Assembly (NCBI RefSeq): GCF_000341395.1
Contig: NC_020304.1
Span: 182,011 to 214,010 of the forward strand
Length of the DNA stretch: 32,000 nt
DNA from: Desulfocapsa sulfexigens DSM 10523
GTDB taxonomy: Bacteria; Desulfobacterota; Desulfobulbia; Desulfobulbales; Desulfocapsaceae
Direction: 5' to 3'
Positions 10,262 to 19,803 of this stretch are shown piece by piece (within the stretch, counting starts at the first letter, position 1; the number at the start of each line of letters is the position of its first letter). The notes beneath the pieces were generated by a model, which was given only the letters and a program-made list of their open reading frames with translations, did not search any database and was not told where the DNA came from. The position numbers were made by a program, and so were the translations under genes.

Positions 10262-11485
10262 CTATATTTTTTTGAAAAAAGCCCTGCCACAGGGTTTCCC
10301 GTCGAGATAGACAGCCTCAAGGCAGGAAAGTTTTCTGGGAAGCATTGCAGGTGTTGCCCGGGCAACTATAAAGTGGGCAGGCCTCCCCTTGGCAATAGGT
10401 CCGATCTCGTCAATGCCAAGGAGTTGGGTACCGTTGCCGGAAGCGGACTGTATTGCTTCAACCAGGGAATACCCAGCACTTATAAGAAGTCTTATCTCTT
10501 CGACAACGGACTCTCCGTGGATAACACCACGGCAGCCGGCATCTGTCCCAAGAGCAATTTTCACTCCGTATTGATGCGCCCTGCCTATCTGTTCCAACTG
10601 GTGATTCAGAGTTTTCACGATTACATCTTTTTTGCATCGTCCATCATCGAGTAAGTCCCAGTTATCAAGAATAGCTTTCATGGTGATGGCTGTTGGCACC
10701 CAGGTGATTTCCTTCTCAGCCATTCGCTTCAGGTTTTCCTCCCCCATGAAAAAACCGTGTTCAAGAGAATCACAGCCGCCATCCAATGCTATACGGACGG
10801 GCTCCCGGCCATTGGCGTGAACCATCAGTTTCTTCCCCTTCTCTCTGGTAATGGCCGCTATCTGCTGTATCTCTTCTACGGAAAACTGGGGTTCTGTTTC
10901 ACGGGCGAATTCCGTGAAACTGTTCAGGCCGGAGTTGATCATTTTTATATGATCAACGGAATCTATCCTTCTAGCCACCGCAGTTCCAATGCTCTCTCCT
11001 TCTCCAGAATGGTCCCCGATAAAAGCGCCATAGCGGCCATCCCGATACCACGCCGGGCCGGGACTCTTCACTATCACCGGAACCCGTGTGTCGCCTCCCT
11101 CGGTTTCCTCTGTATACCGCAGAACATCTCCATTAGAATCACCGCCATCGCGTACTGCCAGCACACCGTGTAAAAAAAGATAATGCAAATGATCTTGAAT
11201 GGATATGCGGCGATCCCGGTAGCCGGCTGTCAGCTGTCGTTGTCTCTTTCTCAAGTCAGTGGAACCCGACATGGCAAGATGGACATGGCAATCAACCAGA
11301 GGAGGCAGGATGGTACAATGAGACAGATCGGTGATCAGGGGTGAATCGGGATGGTCACTGTCGCTAAAGTCATCAATCTCCACAAGAATGGAATCCTTCA
11401 CCGTCACCAAAACATTTTCTCGAACCGGTCCACCACTGCCGTCAATCATCCAGCCGGCTTTAACATAGTGAATCCCTCCGGACAT
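10262..11485 (-). CDS. amidohydrolase family metallo-hydrolase (imidazolonepropionase/prolidase-like)
   Basis: Metal-binding motif VDCHVHL, later HANG and GTDAG segments. The track start at 11506 is a TTG that overlaps the upstream gene by 20 nt. I prefer the ATG at 11485, one base after the upstream TGA. Confidence 0.85.
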   Translation of the reverse strand: MSGGIHYVKAGWMIDGSGGPVRENVLVTVKDSILVEIDDFSDSDHPDSPLITDLSHCTILPPLVDCHVHLAMSGSTDLRKRQRQLTAGYRDRRISIQDHLHYLFLHGVLAVRDGGDSNGDVLRYTEETEGGDTRVPVIVKSPGPAWYRDGRYGAFIGDHSGEGESIGTAVARRIDSVDHIKMINSGLNSFTEFARETEPQFSVEEIQQIAAITREKGKKLMVHANGREPVRIALDGGCDSLEHGFFMGEENLKRMAEKEITWVPTAITMKAILDNWDLLDDGRCKKDVIVKTLNHQLEQIGRAHQYGVKIALGTDAGCRGVIHGESVVEEIRLLISAGYSLVEAIQSASGNGTQLLGIDEIGPIAKGRPAHFIVARATPAMLPRKLSCLEAVYLDGKPCGRAFFKKI

Positions 11486-11486
11486 A

Positions 11487-12077
11487 TCAGAGAATTTTTT
11501 GTCCAATCAGGTTTTCACCACGCCCGAGTTTAGCACCAAAATCATCTGCCAGTTGAAAATGGCCCTCATTGGGTCCAGACGAGCCAGGTAACTGAACCGG
11601 AGCGTCAACCCCTCCAAGCCAGCGCATTCCAAGAAACTGAGCTGTGGCTTCAAGCGCCATCTGCACATTACGGGAACTATGCATGATATTCAGCCCTGAA
11701 TGAGTGGATGCAACCGCCAACCCCTTACCGGCAAGATCCGACGAAAAGTCCGGATTTAAGGTATCCGACCAGCGATCGAGAAAAGTCTTCAGTTTACCGG
11801 AAAGTTGATACCAGTAAATGGGAGTGGCCAGCAGGATGATATCTGCACTCAATAACTTTTCTTTGAGCACCCCCATATCATCATCTCCCGCCTTGCTGAA
11901 ATCATTTTGTAGAGCATCTCCAAAATAGTTCAGCCAGACATCCGTCACTGTATAATCATAAATATGCACCAGTTCCGTTGCCGCCCCCTGCTGTTCTGCT
12001 GCCCGAAGAACGCGATCCACCAGTGCCTTGCTGTTTCCATTTTTGTCTGGACTACCGTGTACTGAGAAGATTTTCAT
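11487..12077 (-). CDS. flavodoxin-like fold NAD(P)H-dependent FMN reductase
   Basis: MKIFSVHGSPDKNGNS ... ADIILLATPIYWYQLSGKLKTFLDR is typical of COG0655/FMN_red proteins. A GGAG Shine-Dalgarno sits upstream of the ATG. Confidence 0.8.
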   Translation of the reverse strand: MKIFSVHGSPDKNGNSKALVDRVLRAAEQQGAATELVHIYDYTVTDVWLNYFGDALQNDFSKAGDDDMGVLKEKLLSADIILLATPIYWYQLSGKLKTFLDRWSDTLNPDFSSDLAGKGLAVASTHSGLNIMHSSRNVQMALEATAQFLGMRWLGGVDAPVQLPGSSGPNEGHFQLADDFGAKLGRGENLIGQKIL

Positions 12078-12298
12078 AGATTGCTCCTGTATCGGTTAAG
12101 GTGAGTAAACTAAAACTGCCACGATCAAAACATTGCCACAATGTGGTGATTAGTCAATGTTCTTTTTTTAAACTCCGTTCTTTGACGATTGGCCACAAAG
12201 GCTTGATGATACTTTATGACCATGGTATTTAAGATAATTCTCTGTCCGAACAATTAGCCTCCACTGGCCACTACGAACAAAAACATCTTGGACACCCT

Positions 12299-13735
12299 AT
12301 GACGACAACACTCTACTGGCATGATTATGAAACCTGGGGTGCAGATCCCAGAAGAGACCGGCCTGCCCAATTTGCAGGCATCCGTACCGATATCAATTTA
12401 AATATTATCGGCAAACCGATGATGAACTACTGTAAACCTGCACTCGATATGCTTCCCCAGCCAGAAGCCTGTCTCATTACAGGGATCACACCCCAGACAG
12501 CCATGGAAGAAGGGCTCTGTGAAGCCGAATTCATGGCTGAGATTTATCATGAATTCATACAGCCAGGCACCTGTGGGGTTGGCTACAACAGCATTCGGTT
12601 TGATGATGAATTCACCCGCTACGGCCTCTATCGAAATTTTTACGACCCCTACGCCAGAGAATGGCGCAACGGGAATTCACGCTGGGACATCATTGATATG
12701 CTCCGCCTTACCCGTGCGCTTCGTCCGGAAGGCATTGAATGGCCGACCAATGAAGAGGGCGTCACCAGCTTTCGCCTTGAGGATTTAACACGGGCAAACA
12801 GTATCAGCCACGAAGGTGCCCATGATGCCCTTTCCGATGTCCACGCTACCATTGAGTTGGCACGGCTGATACGTACCCGTCAGCCGAAACTCTATAATTA
12901 TCTCTTTGATATGCGGGACAAGCGCAAAGTCGGAAGCAACTTAAATATCCAGGAGCAACTGGTTGTTCTCCATGTTTCCTCCATGTATCCTGCAAAACAG
13001 GGCTGCATCTCCCCTGTTATTCCCCTGGCCGCACACCCAATAAACAAAAACGGTATAATCGTCTACGATCTGCGCCACGACCCGTCCCCCCTCCTCACCC
13101 TGGCAGTGGATGAAATCAAGAAACGTTTATTCACCAGAAGCGAAGATCTACCCGAGGGAGTGGAGCGTATCCCACTAAAAACCATCCATCTTAACAAAAG
13201 CCCGGTGGTGGTTCCAATGAGCACCCTGACCCCGGAAGCTGCAGAATGCTGGGGAATAAATCTTAAGAACATTGAAACACATGCAAAACAACTCAGAGGG
13301 CTGCCAGATCTGAGCAGAAAGCTGCAACAGGTTCACGGGGATCAGCAATTTCCTCCCATTACGGATCCTGATCAGAATCTCTATGGTGGGGGTTTTTTCT
13401 CCGACAGAGATCGGGCTCTGATGGAAGATATTCATGATATGTCGATAAACGATCTGGCCAAAACCCGTATGAAGTTTGAGGATCCCCGTCTTTCAGAGAT
13501 GCTGTTCCGCTACCGCGCCCGAAACTGGCCCCACTCCCTTTCCCAGGAAGAACGTGTCCGATGGAACACGTTTCGTCACAACCGTGTTACCAATCCCGAT
13601 GCCGACTGCGGAATCACCCTTTCAGAATACCGTAAACAACTGGCCAAAAAGGTGATGCAACCCGATGTAAAGGAGCGTGAGCGAAAAATTATTTCAGCTC
13701 TGGCTGACTGGCCGACACTGCTTGGACTCTCGTAA
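12299..13735 (+). CDS. sbcB: exodeoxyribonuclease I
   Basis: The N-terminus TLYWHDYETWGADPRRDRPAQFAGIRTD, GYNSIRFDDEFTR and HDALSDV are the ExoI DEDDh motifs. The length is 478 aa. Confidence 0.95.
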   Translation: MTTTLYWHDYETWGADPRRDRPAQFAGIRTDINLNIIGKPMMNYCKPALDMLPQPEACLITGITPQTAMEEGLCEAEFMAEIYHEFIQPGTCGVGYNSIRFDDEFTRYGLYRNFYDPYAREWRNGNSRWDIIDMLRLTRALRPEGIEWPTNEEGVTSFRLEDLTRANSISHEGAHDALSDVHATIELARLIRTRQPKLYNYLFDMRDKRKVGSNLNIQEQLVVLHVSSMYPAKQGCISPVIPLAAHPINKNGIIVYDLRHDPSPLLTLAVDEIKKRLFTRSEDLPEGVERIPLKTIHLNKSPVVVPMSTLTPEAAECWGINLKNIETHAKQLRGLPDLSRKLQQVHGDQQFPPITDPDQNLYGGGFFSDRDRALMEDIHDMSINDLAKTRMKFEDPRLSEMLFRYRARNWPHSLSQEERVRWNTFRHNRVTNPDADCGITLSEYRKQLAKKVMQPDVKERERKIISALADWPTLLGLS

Positions 13736-13769
13736 GAATTCCCACCTCAATCCGGGTCTGGGATATTCC

Positions 13770-14816
13770 TTAAAGGTGACCAAGCAGGGTATAAATCATC
13801 TGCTGCCCCTTCCCCTTCATCTCAACCTCTTTTCCATTACTCAGGAGGAAACTGTCCTTCAGCAGTTCATAGCTTGCACTGGAGACATTTATCTGCAAAG
13901 GCTGAGCAGATTTTTCTACTCGGGCAGCGATATTAACAGTATCACCAAAAATATCGTAGAGGTACTTCTCTGTTCCGACAACTCCGCCCACCAATGGGCC
14001 GCTACTGATGCCGACACGAATCTCCCAGGAAATGCCAACCCTCCGGTTTCGTTCCTTAAGAAACTCAACCATTTTCAGCGCCGCCCTGGCAACATTCACC
14101 GCATGATCCGGATCCGGCGTGGGTACCCCGCTCACAAAAAGATAGGCGTCCCCTATGGTCTTCATCCGCTCACAATTTCCAGCATGGGTAATCTTATCAA
14201 AAGCAGTGAAAATTTCATTGAGTTCACGAATAATCACCCCCGGGGAAAGCTCCGATGAAGCTGAGGTAAAATCAACAATATCAGCAAAACAGACCGTGGT
14301 ATCGGTGAAGAGTTGTGGGGCGTAGCCTCCCGTGGCTAAAAGTTCCTGCACAACAGATTCCGGAAGGACATGTCCCAGCAAACGCTCTGTTTTCAGTTTC
14401 TCAACAATCAGCTGCTGATTTTTTTCCTCAAGTTCATCCTGAAGATGTTGAATTCTAAGATGTGTGCGAACCCTGAGCAACACCTCCGAGGGCTGAAAGG
14501 GCTTGGTAATATAGTCGATCCCTCCCGCCTCAAACCCTTCGACCTTATCCCTGGGAGAGTCAAGAGTACTGATAAAAATGATAGGAATATTCTTTGTACG
14601 ATGATCTCCCTTCAACTGCCTGCAGACCTTATACCCATCAATCTCCGGCAGAATAATATCGAGCAAAATGAGATCGGGTAGATATTCCTGGGCGTGCTCA
14701 ATTCCAATTTCACCAGAATCAGCTGTGAGAACGGTATAATCCTGTTTTTCAAGGAGCTTGGCCAAAAGCCTCTGCATAACAGGAGAATCTTCGACAATCA
14801 GTATGGTTTTCAGCAT
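13770..14816 (-). CDS. response regulator receiver fused to a class III adenylate/guanylate cyclase domain
   Basis: REC domain: ILIVEDSP...DLILLDIILPEIDG...TKPF. A coiled-coil linker follows. Cyclase domain: VCFADIVDFT...MKTIGDAYLF...YDIFGDTVNIAARVE. The Lys/Asp pattern suggests ATP specificity. Confidence 0.9.
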   Translation of the reverse strand: MLKTILIVEDSPVMQRLLAKLLEKQDYTVLTADSGEIGIEHAQEYLPDLILLDIILPEIDGYKVCRQLKGDHRTKNIPIIFISTLDSPRDKVEGFEAGGIDYITKPFQPSEVLLRVRTHLRIQHLQDELEEKNQQLIVEKLKTERLLGHVLPESVVQELLATGGYAPQLFTDTTVCFADIVDFTSASSELSPGVIIRELNEIFTAFDKITHAGNCERMKTIGDAYLFVSGVPTPDPDHAVNVARAALKMVEFLKERNRRVGISWEIRVGISSGPLVGGVVGTEKYLYDIFGDTVNIAARVEKSAQPLQINVSSASYELLKDSFLLSNGKEVEMKGKGQQMIYTLLGHL

Positions 14817-15157
14817 ACAGTTACGTTCAGGAAAGTTAACGTTAGACTGTCCATCATCGATGCACAGAAAATCACTATTTCACCATTAACAGTATCAGGG
14901 AAACACTAGAAATACCACTATTTGCAGACAATTTTTTCTCACTTTTATCTTCAGCTTCAGAAATGGAGCAGCAAGAAAAGCGCTTAACCAACCACAACAA
15001 CTAAAATAATATTTTTTTTACTGAACACAGAGTACAAACAAGCCAATTCCAGACCTGCAGGAAAATGTCGCTTGGCGCAGAGGCAAATTAATGCTTTAAT
15101 GGGGTATAGTAGTTGTTTGTCAGGAACTATACATTTACCAGGAAATAATTCCACCAT

Positions 15158-16855
15158 ATGAAACTGCTCCTCCTCCAGGTTCTCTTTTTCGTAAAAAACG
15201 AAAAGGCGAAGAAAAACGTTTATCTTCTGACCCGTTTCCTCTTTTTTCTCACTTTTATCATTTCTCTGTACAGCGTCCTTTTCCACCTTATCATGCTTTA
15301 TGAAGGAAGGGATTTCAGCTGGATTACCGGTTTTTACTGGACGCTCACGGTCATGTCCACCCTGGGTTTTGGTGACATTACCTTCTCCACCGATCTTGGG
15401 CTTCTCTTTACCCTCCTTGTTCTGATATCAGGAGTTATCCTGCTCCTGATCATGCTGCCATTCACCTTCATTCAATTCTTCTGGGCACCCTGGCTTGAGG
15501 CTCAGAATGAAACGCGTATTCCACGGATCCTGCCAAAAGAAACAAAAGAGCATGTCATCATACCGACCTTTGATGCTCTCACCAGAAACCTTGTGGAAAA
15601 GCTCAGGAAACATCTCTATGACTATTGTTTTGTTACCGCTGATCAACAACTGGCCCATGAGATACAGGACAGCGGATACAACGTTATTTTTGGAGAAATC
15701 GACGACCCGCAGACCTATGATAATATAAATGCCGACCAGGCTGCACTGGTAGTAACCACTGCCGACGACCTGATGAATACAAATATCTCATTTACTGTAC
15801 GAGAAGTCAGCAGTAAAGTCCCCATAGCCTGTAGCGCCGACCAGGAACACTCCCTGGATATCCTTAATTATCCTGGCAACATCCATGTGTTTCTGTTTAT
15901 GAAGATGCTTGGCATCAATATGGCCGAAAAAACCATGCCCGTTGCAGGTACTCATATAATCGGCAGGTTTGAGGAACTGCGTGTTGGAGAGATCCCCGTC
16001 AGAGACACAGCCCTTGTCGGAAAAACGCTCGCCGAATCCCGACTCAGGAACGATCTTGGGATAACGGTTATCGGTATCCTGGAAAAGGGCAAGATATTGA
16101 CTCCCGATCCCCAGGCAAAACTCTCTGTGACCAATATTCTCATCATTGCCGGGAGTGCCACAGAACTGGAAAATGCGGGAAAATATCTCGTGACACCACC
16201 CTCACAGCCACTCCCCAGACCAACCGTCCTTATCCTTGGTGGCGGCAGAGTTGGCGAAGCAGCTGCCGGATATTTAGAGGCAAAGAATGTCCCCTATATC
16301 ATAATTGAGAAACGGCAAAACGTGGGAACAAATCACGATCATCACATCCATGGTGATGCGGCCGATATCAACACATTGCAAGAAGCTGGCATCGACAAGG
16401 CATCGTCTGTAATCATCACCACCCATAATGATGCCATGAACATCTATCTCGCCTTTTACTGTCGGCAACTCAGGCCTGATATTCAAATTATAAGCCGGGC
16501 TGGTGAAGAACGTACCGTATCCAAACTCTTCCGGGCGGGTGCAGACCTCGTGGATTCTTTCGCATCAATGGGAGCTACTGCCATAATGAACATCCTCCAC
16601 CCGACTGATACTTCCTTCTTTTCGGACGCGCTCAATGTCTTTCTAGTACCAACCCCTGAAGCATTTATAGGAAAGACATTGACCGAGCTCCGGATGCGGG
16701 AAAAAACGAGCTGCAGTCTGCTGGCGGTAAAAAACGAAGGATCATTCATGACAAATCCCGATCCGACAACAATTTTTGACGACAGTTACGAATTAATCCT
16801 GGCAGGATCAATTGAAGCAGAAGAACAGTTCCGCCGGGAATATCTGAAAAAATAA
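15158..16855 (+). CDS. 2-TM potassium channel with tandem RCK (TrkA-N/TrkA-C) domains
   Basis: Selectivity filter TVMSTLGFGD lies between two TM helices. A Rossmann GGGRVGEAA motif and TrkA-C-like segments follow. The start codon lacks a good Shine-Dalgarno. Confidence 0.9.
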   Translation: MKLLLLQVLFFVKNEKAKKNVYLLTRFLFFLTFIISLYSVLFHLIMLYEGRDFSWITGFYWTLTVMSTLGFGDITFSTDLGLLFTLLVLISGVILLLIMLPFTFIQFFWAPWLEAQNETRIPRILPKETKEHVIIPTFDALTRNLVEKLRKHLYDYCFVTADQQLAHEIQDSGYNVIFGEIDDPQTYDNINADQAALVVTTADDLMNTNISFTVREVSSKVPIACSADQEHSLDILNYPGNIHVFLFMKMLGINMAEKTMPVAGTHIIGRFEELRVGEIPVRDTALVGKTLAESRLRNDLGITVIGILEKGKILTPDPQAKLSVTNILIIAGSATELENAGKYLVTPPSQPLPRPTVLILGGGRVGEAAAGYLEAKNVPYIIIEKRQNVGTNHDHHIHGDAADINTLQEAGIDKASSVIITTHNDAMNIYLAFYCRQLRPDIQIISRAGEERTVSKLFRAGADLVDSFASMGATAIMNILHPTDTSFFSDALNVFLVPTPEAFIGKTLTELRMREKTSCSLLAVKNEGSFMTNPDPTTIFDDSYELILAGSIEAEEQFRREYLKK

Positions 16856-16887
16856 ATGGAGCCGTAATATTTGGCTGAACACAACTG

Positions 16888-17829
16888 ATGACAGCAGACG
16901 AAGAAAAAAGAGAGCTACAACTCCTTAATATTAAGAAGAAGCTGTCTCTTTATTTCCCCGAAGACAGCTATTCTTTCACGAAACAGGCCATTGAAGACGG
17001 GATAGCTTCGGGCGAATTTATGACCACTGTTGCGGATATCCTGCCCTATGTCCAGACAGCACTGTTTGACAATAAAATTCTCGAGGTGGAAATTGACGGC
17101 ACCACCAGAATATATTTCAGCAGGATCCACGATGATACCCCAGATCCGGAAGAGGTGGTGAACGAATTGGGGGAAGTAGAACTGCAACAGCTTGATTATG
17201 TGGCAGGAGACTACCTGAAATTATTAAACCATATCATTTGCCTGCCTCTCGAACCTGGCATGGGAAACCTTCATATTCGTAATTCCCAAAGAGTGATGAT
17301 TCGTTTTTTCACAACCACCAGCGCCATCGAACTCGGAACATTTTTTCAGGATCTGGCACTCGTTCAGGATCTCCCTGTTCTACGCCTCTCTTTTCCGGTA
17401 ATTGGCAGACAAGTTCAGGGAGCAAGAGCTTTTCGGGCCAAGGTGCCTGCGAGCATGGGATTTACCCTTCTTGTCAAGGGGAAGAAGAAACACCGTCCCG
17501 ATATAAAAACGGTCCCCATCGATATCAGTAGTGAAGGACTCTCCTTTGAGGTTCAAAAAGAAGAACAGCTACTGTTCCGCGAAGACGAGATCTGTAATAT
17601 TCGGTTTTTCCTCCTCGGCGATATGCATGTGAAGGTCAATGCGACCATTCGCCATATCTCCAAGATTCGCAATAAAAAAGGTATCCAGTATTGCTGTGGC
17701 GTACAGTTTGACCTTTCCACCCGCTCTCTGGCTGCGTCCATAGAGGCGTTTGTTGCAACTGTGCAACGTGCCCATTTGAAAGAACTTTCGGAAAAATCTG
17801 AAGAAAGCGGTATTACCCTTATTCGTTAG
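16888..17829 (+). CDS. YcgR-like PilZ domain protein (putative c-di-GMP receptor)
   Basis: The C-terminal domain has DISSEGLSF (DxSxxG) about 30 aa after ARAFRAKV. The N-terminal ~180 aa resemble a PilZN-type beta domain. The RxxxR motif is non-canonical. Confidence 0.7.
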   Translation: MTADEEKRELQLLNIKKKLSLYFPEDSYSFTKQAIEDGIASGEFMTTVADILPYVQTALFDNKILEVEIDGTTRIYFSRIHDDTPDPEEVVNELGEVELQQLDYVAGDYLKLLNHIICLPLEPGMGNLHIRNSQRVMIRFFTTTSAIELGTFFQDLALVQDLPVLRLSFPVIGRQVQGARAFRAKVPASMGFTLLVKGKKKHRPDIKTVPIDISSEGLSFEVQKEEQLLFREDEICNIRFFLLGDMHVKVNATIRHISKIRNKKGIQYCCGVQFDLSTRSLAASIEAFVATVQRAHLKELSEKSEESGITLIR

Positions 17830-17831
17830 TA

Positions 17832-18470
17832 CTACGGAGCCAGCCGCTCCGCATTCCACCCCCCGCCATCGGCAGGTACATAGAGAAACCTGTCATGGAG
17901 GCGATTTTCCCGTCCCTGCCAGAACTCAACCGAGGATGGCACAACCCGATATCCTCCCCAGAATGATGGCAATGGAACATCGCCTCTGGAGAACTTATTT
18001 TTCATCTCCTGAAACTTTTGCATTAGAAGCTTACGTGATGAAATAATACTGCTCTGATTGGAGACCCAGGCAGCAATCTGCGAATCACGGGGCCTACTCA
18101 TAAAGTATCTGGCCGATTCCGTGGTAGTGACAGGGCTTGCCGTACCCGCAATACTTATCTGCCGCTCCAGTTCAAGCCAGACAAAGTGAAGATTCACCCT
18201 GGGGTTCCCCTTAATCTCACGTGCTTTACGACTTTCTTTATTGGTAAAAAAAACAAATCCACCGTCATCGTAATACTTCAACAGGACAGTCCGCTGGCTG
18301 GGCTGCCCATCGGGACTCACGGTGGACAGGATCATGGCGTTGGGATCAGGGATATCGGTGTCTTTTGCCTGATTAAACCAGAGGTTAAACTGCTCGACAG
18401 GACTGGGAAGCAGATCACCGTGCTCCAGCCCGCCCTTTAAATATTCGTGACGAAAATGACTGATATCCAC
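17832..18470 (-). CDS. pdxH: pyridoxamine 5'-phosphate oxidase
   Basis: It aligns by eye along its whole length with E. coli PdxH: RTVLLK, FFTN..SRKA, RVNLHF.WLELERQ, SRPRDSQIAAWVS.QSS, PLPSFWGGYRV, EFWQGRENRLHDRF. The start is GTG. Confidence 0.95.
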   Translation of the reverse strand: MDISHFRHEYLKGGLEHGDLLPSPVEQFNLWFNQAKDTDIPDPNAMILSTVSPDGQPSQRTVLLKYYDDGGFVFFTNKESRKAREIKGNPRVNLHFVWLELERQISIAGTASPVTTTESARYFMSRPRDSQIAAWVSNQSSIISSRKLLMQKFQEMKNKFSRGDVPLPSFWGGYRVVPSSVEFWQGRENRLHDRFLYVPADGGGWNAERLAP

Positions 18471-18478
18471 TTGTTCTC

Positions 18479-19024
18479 TTATCCCCGATTACCGTATCGT
18501 TCAAAACTTACTCGATCTTTTAAGAGCGAGGAATCGGGATGGCCATTGCTCTCTTTCTCCGGATAACCTATGGCAACGACAGCCTCAACCACCATTCCCT
18601 CCTTCAGGCCAAGGGTTTCGGCAACATAGGCTTCGGCACTTCTTTGATTGTCATGCTCACGCAAACGTATCTGTACCCAGCAACTGCCAAGCCCAAGATC
18701 CGTTGCCTCCAGATGCAGAAGCAATGTTGCGATGGAACAGTCCTCAACCCACACATCACACTTGTCGGGATCGGCACAGACAGCAATGGCAAGGGAGGCA
18801 TTCTTCATAAATGCAGAACCGTGAACCTTTGCCTTTGCTAAAGCCTCAATGGTGTTTTTGTCCTGAACGACAATAAATTCCCAGGGATACAAGCTTCTCG
18901 ACGATGGAGCCCGTAGCATGGCTTCGATAAGTAGATCCACCTTATCCTGTTCAATAGCCTTATCCTGAAACTGACGCACAGACCTGCGTTTTCTCAAAAG
19001 TTCAATAAACATATTTTTTCTCAC
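18479..19024 (-). CDS. nitroreductase family protein
   Basis: RRSVRQF near the N-terminus, followed by a nitroreductase-fold pattern. The track start is a GTG at 19024. The ATG at 19012 (MFIELLRKRRSVRQF) is an equally good start. Confidence 0.85.
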   Translation of the reverse strand: MRKNMFIELLRKRRSVRQFQDKAIEQDKVDLLIEAMLRAPSSRSLYPWEFIVVQDKNTIEALAKAKVHGSAFMKNASLAIAVCADPDKCDVWVEDCSIATLLLHLEATDLGLGSCWVQIRLREHDNQRSAEAYVAETLGLKEGMVVEAVVAIGYPEKESNGHPDSSLLKDRVSFERYGNRG

Positions 19025-19734
19025 TTAAAATTTCTTAAAACCATATCGGTATCACGCCATTCTGGAAGGAGCCTGTCCATATGGCCATAAAACTCTTTAT
19101 TATGATCGCGCTCAAGCAGATGTACCAGTTCATGGACGACTATCAACTCCAGACACGCATCAGGCTTTTTGGCAAGTTCCAGATTCAACCAGAGGCGGCC
19201 TGCCATGACATTGCACGTCCCCCATCGGGTTTTCATCTTCTTTATTCGAAATTCCTTTGCCCGTCGCCCGACCTGCGGCTGCCATTTCGCAAGTAAGGCA
19301 GGAATACGACGTTTCAGCTCCTCACGATACCAGGTTTCAAGCACAGTCAATCTCATTTTACTTGTTGTCCCGGGACGGATATGGAGAGTAATCCCGACCA
19401 GCGAATCAAAGCTGACGTAATGACGTGCACTGTTTTCCACCACAGTGAGTGGATATTTTCCCCCGAAAAAAGGATGCATTTCACCAGTGACAGCCTTCAA
19501 AACGATTGCTACTGGACGTGTCCTGAAATGCTCGCGTTGCTTTTGAATCCAAGGAATTCGATTCGTGACAGCCTGTCGCAAACGTTTATCAGAGGTTCGA
19601 TGAGGCACCGAGATACGTACCCGACCATCGGGAGCATATACCGCCAGATTGATGTTTTTAACGGATTTTCGCCAGACCTCCACAGGAAGATCGTTGATCA
19701 CAATATATTCTTTATTCAAACGCTTCTCTTCCAC
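19021..19734 (-). CDS. YgjP/DUF45-type (M48-like) metal-dependent hydrolase
   Basis: RWGTCN and the HEXXH motif VVHELVHLLERDHN are present. The start is GTG. Its TGA overlaps or abuts the nitroreductase start. Confidence 0.8.
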   Translation of the reverse strand: MEEKRLNKEYIVINDLPVEVWRKSVKNINLAVYAPDGRVRISVPHRTSDKRLRQAVTNRIPWIQKQREHFRTRPVAIVLKAVTGEMHPFFGGKYPLTVVENSARHYVSFDSLVGITLHIRPGTTSKMRLTVLETWYREELKRRIPALLAKWQPQVGRRAKEFRIKKMKTRWGTCNVMAGRLWLNLELAKKPDACLELIVVHELVHLLERDHNKEFYGHMDRLLPEWRDTDMVLRNFK

Positions 19735-19803
19735 AAAAACAACTAAAGAGTACGGGACGACTTAAATCCAGCCAGACGCCATACCACTAACAAAGACAAC
19801 AGA

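Noticed and set aside
12136-12146. The palindrome CCACA-A-TGTGG in the divergent flavodoxin-like/sbcB spacer, considered as a possible operator.
   Set aside because: The arms are only 5 bp, which is expected by chance many times in 32 kb, and there is no second copy.
13677-14258. A 193 aa plus-strand ORF overlapping the end of sbcB and the cyclase gene.
   Set aside because: It is antisense to the well-supported cyclase domain frame and has no motifs.
14932-15259. An exact 18 nt direct repeat TTTTTTCTCACTTTTATC at 14932-14949 and 15242-15259.
   Set aside because: It is T-rich and low in complexity, and the similarity does not extend beyond 18 nt. The two copies are read in different frames or contexts. 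It is probably chance or a trivial slippage relic.
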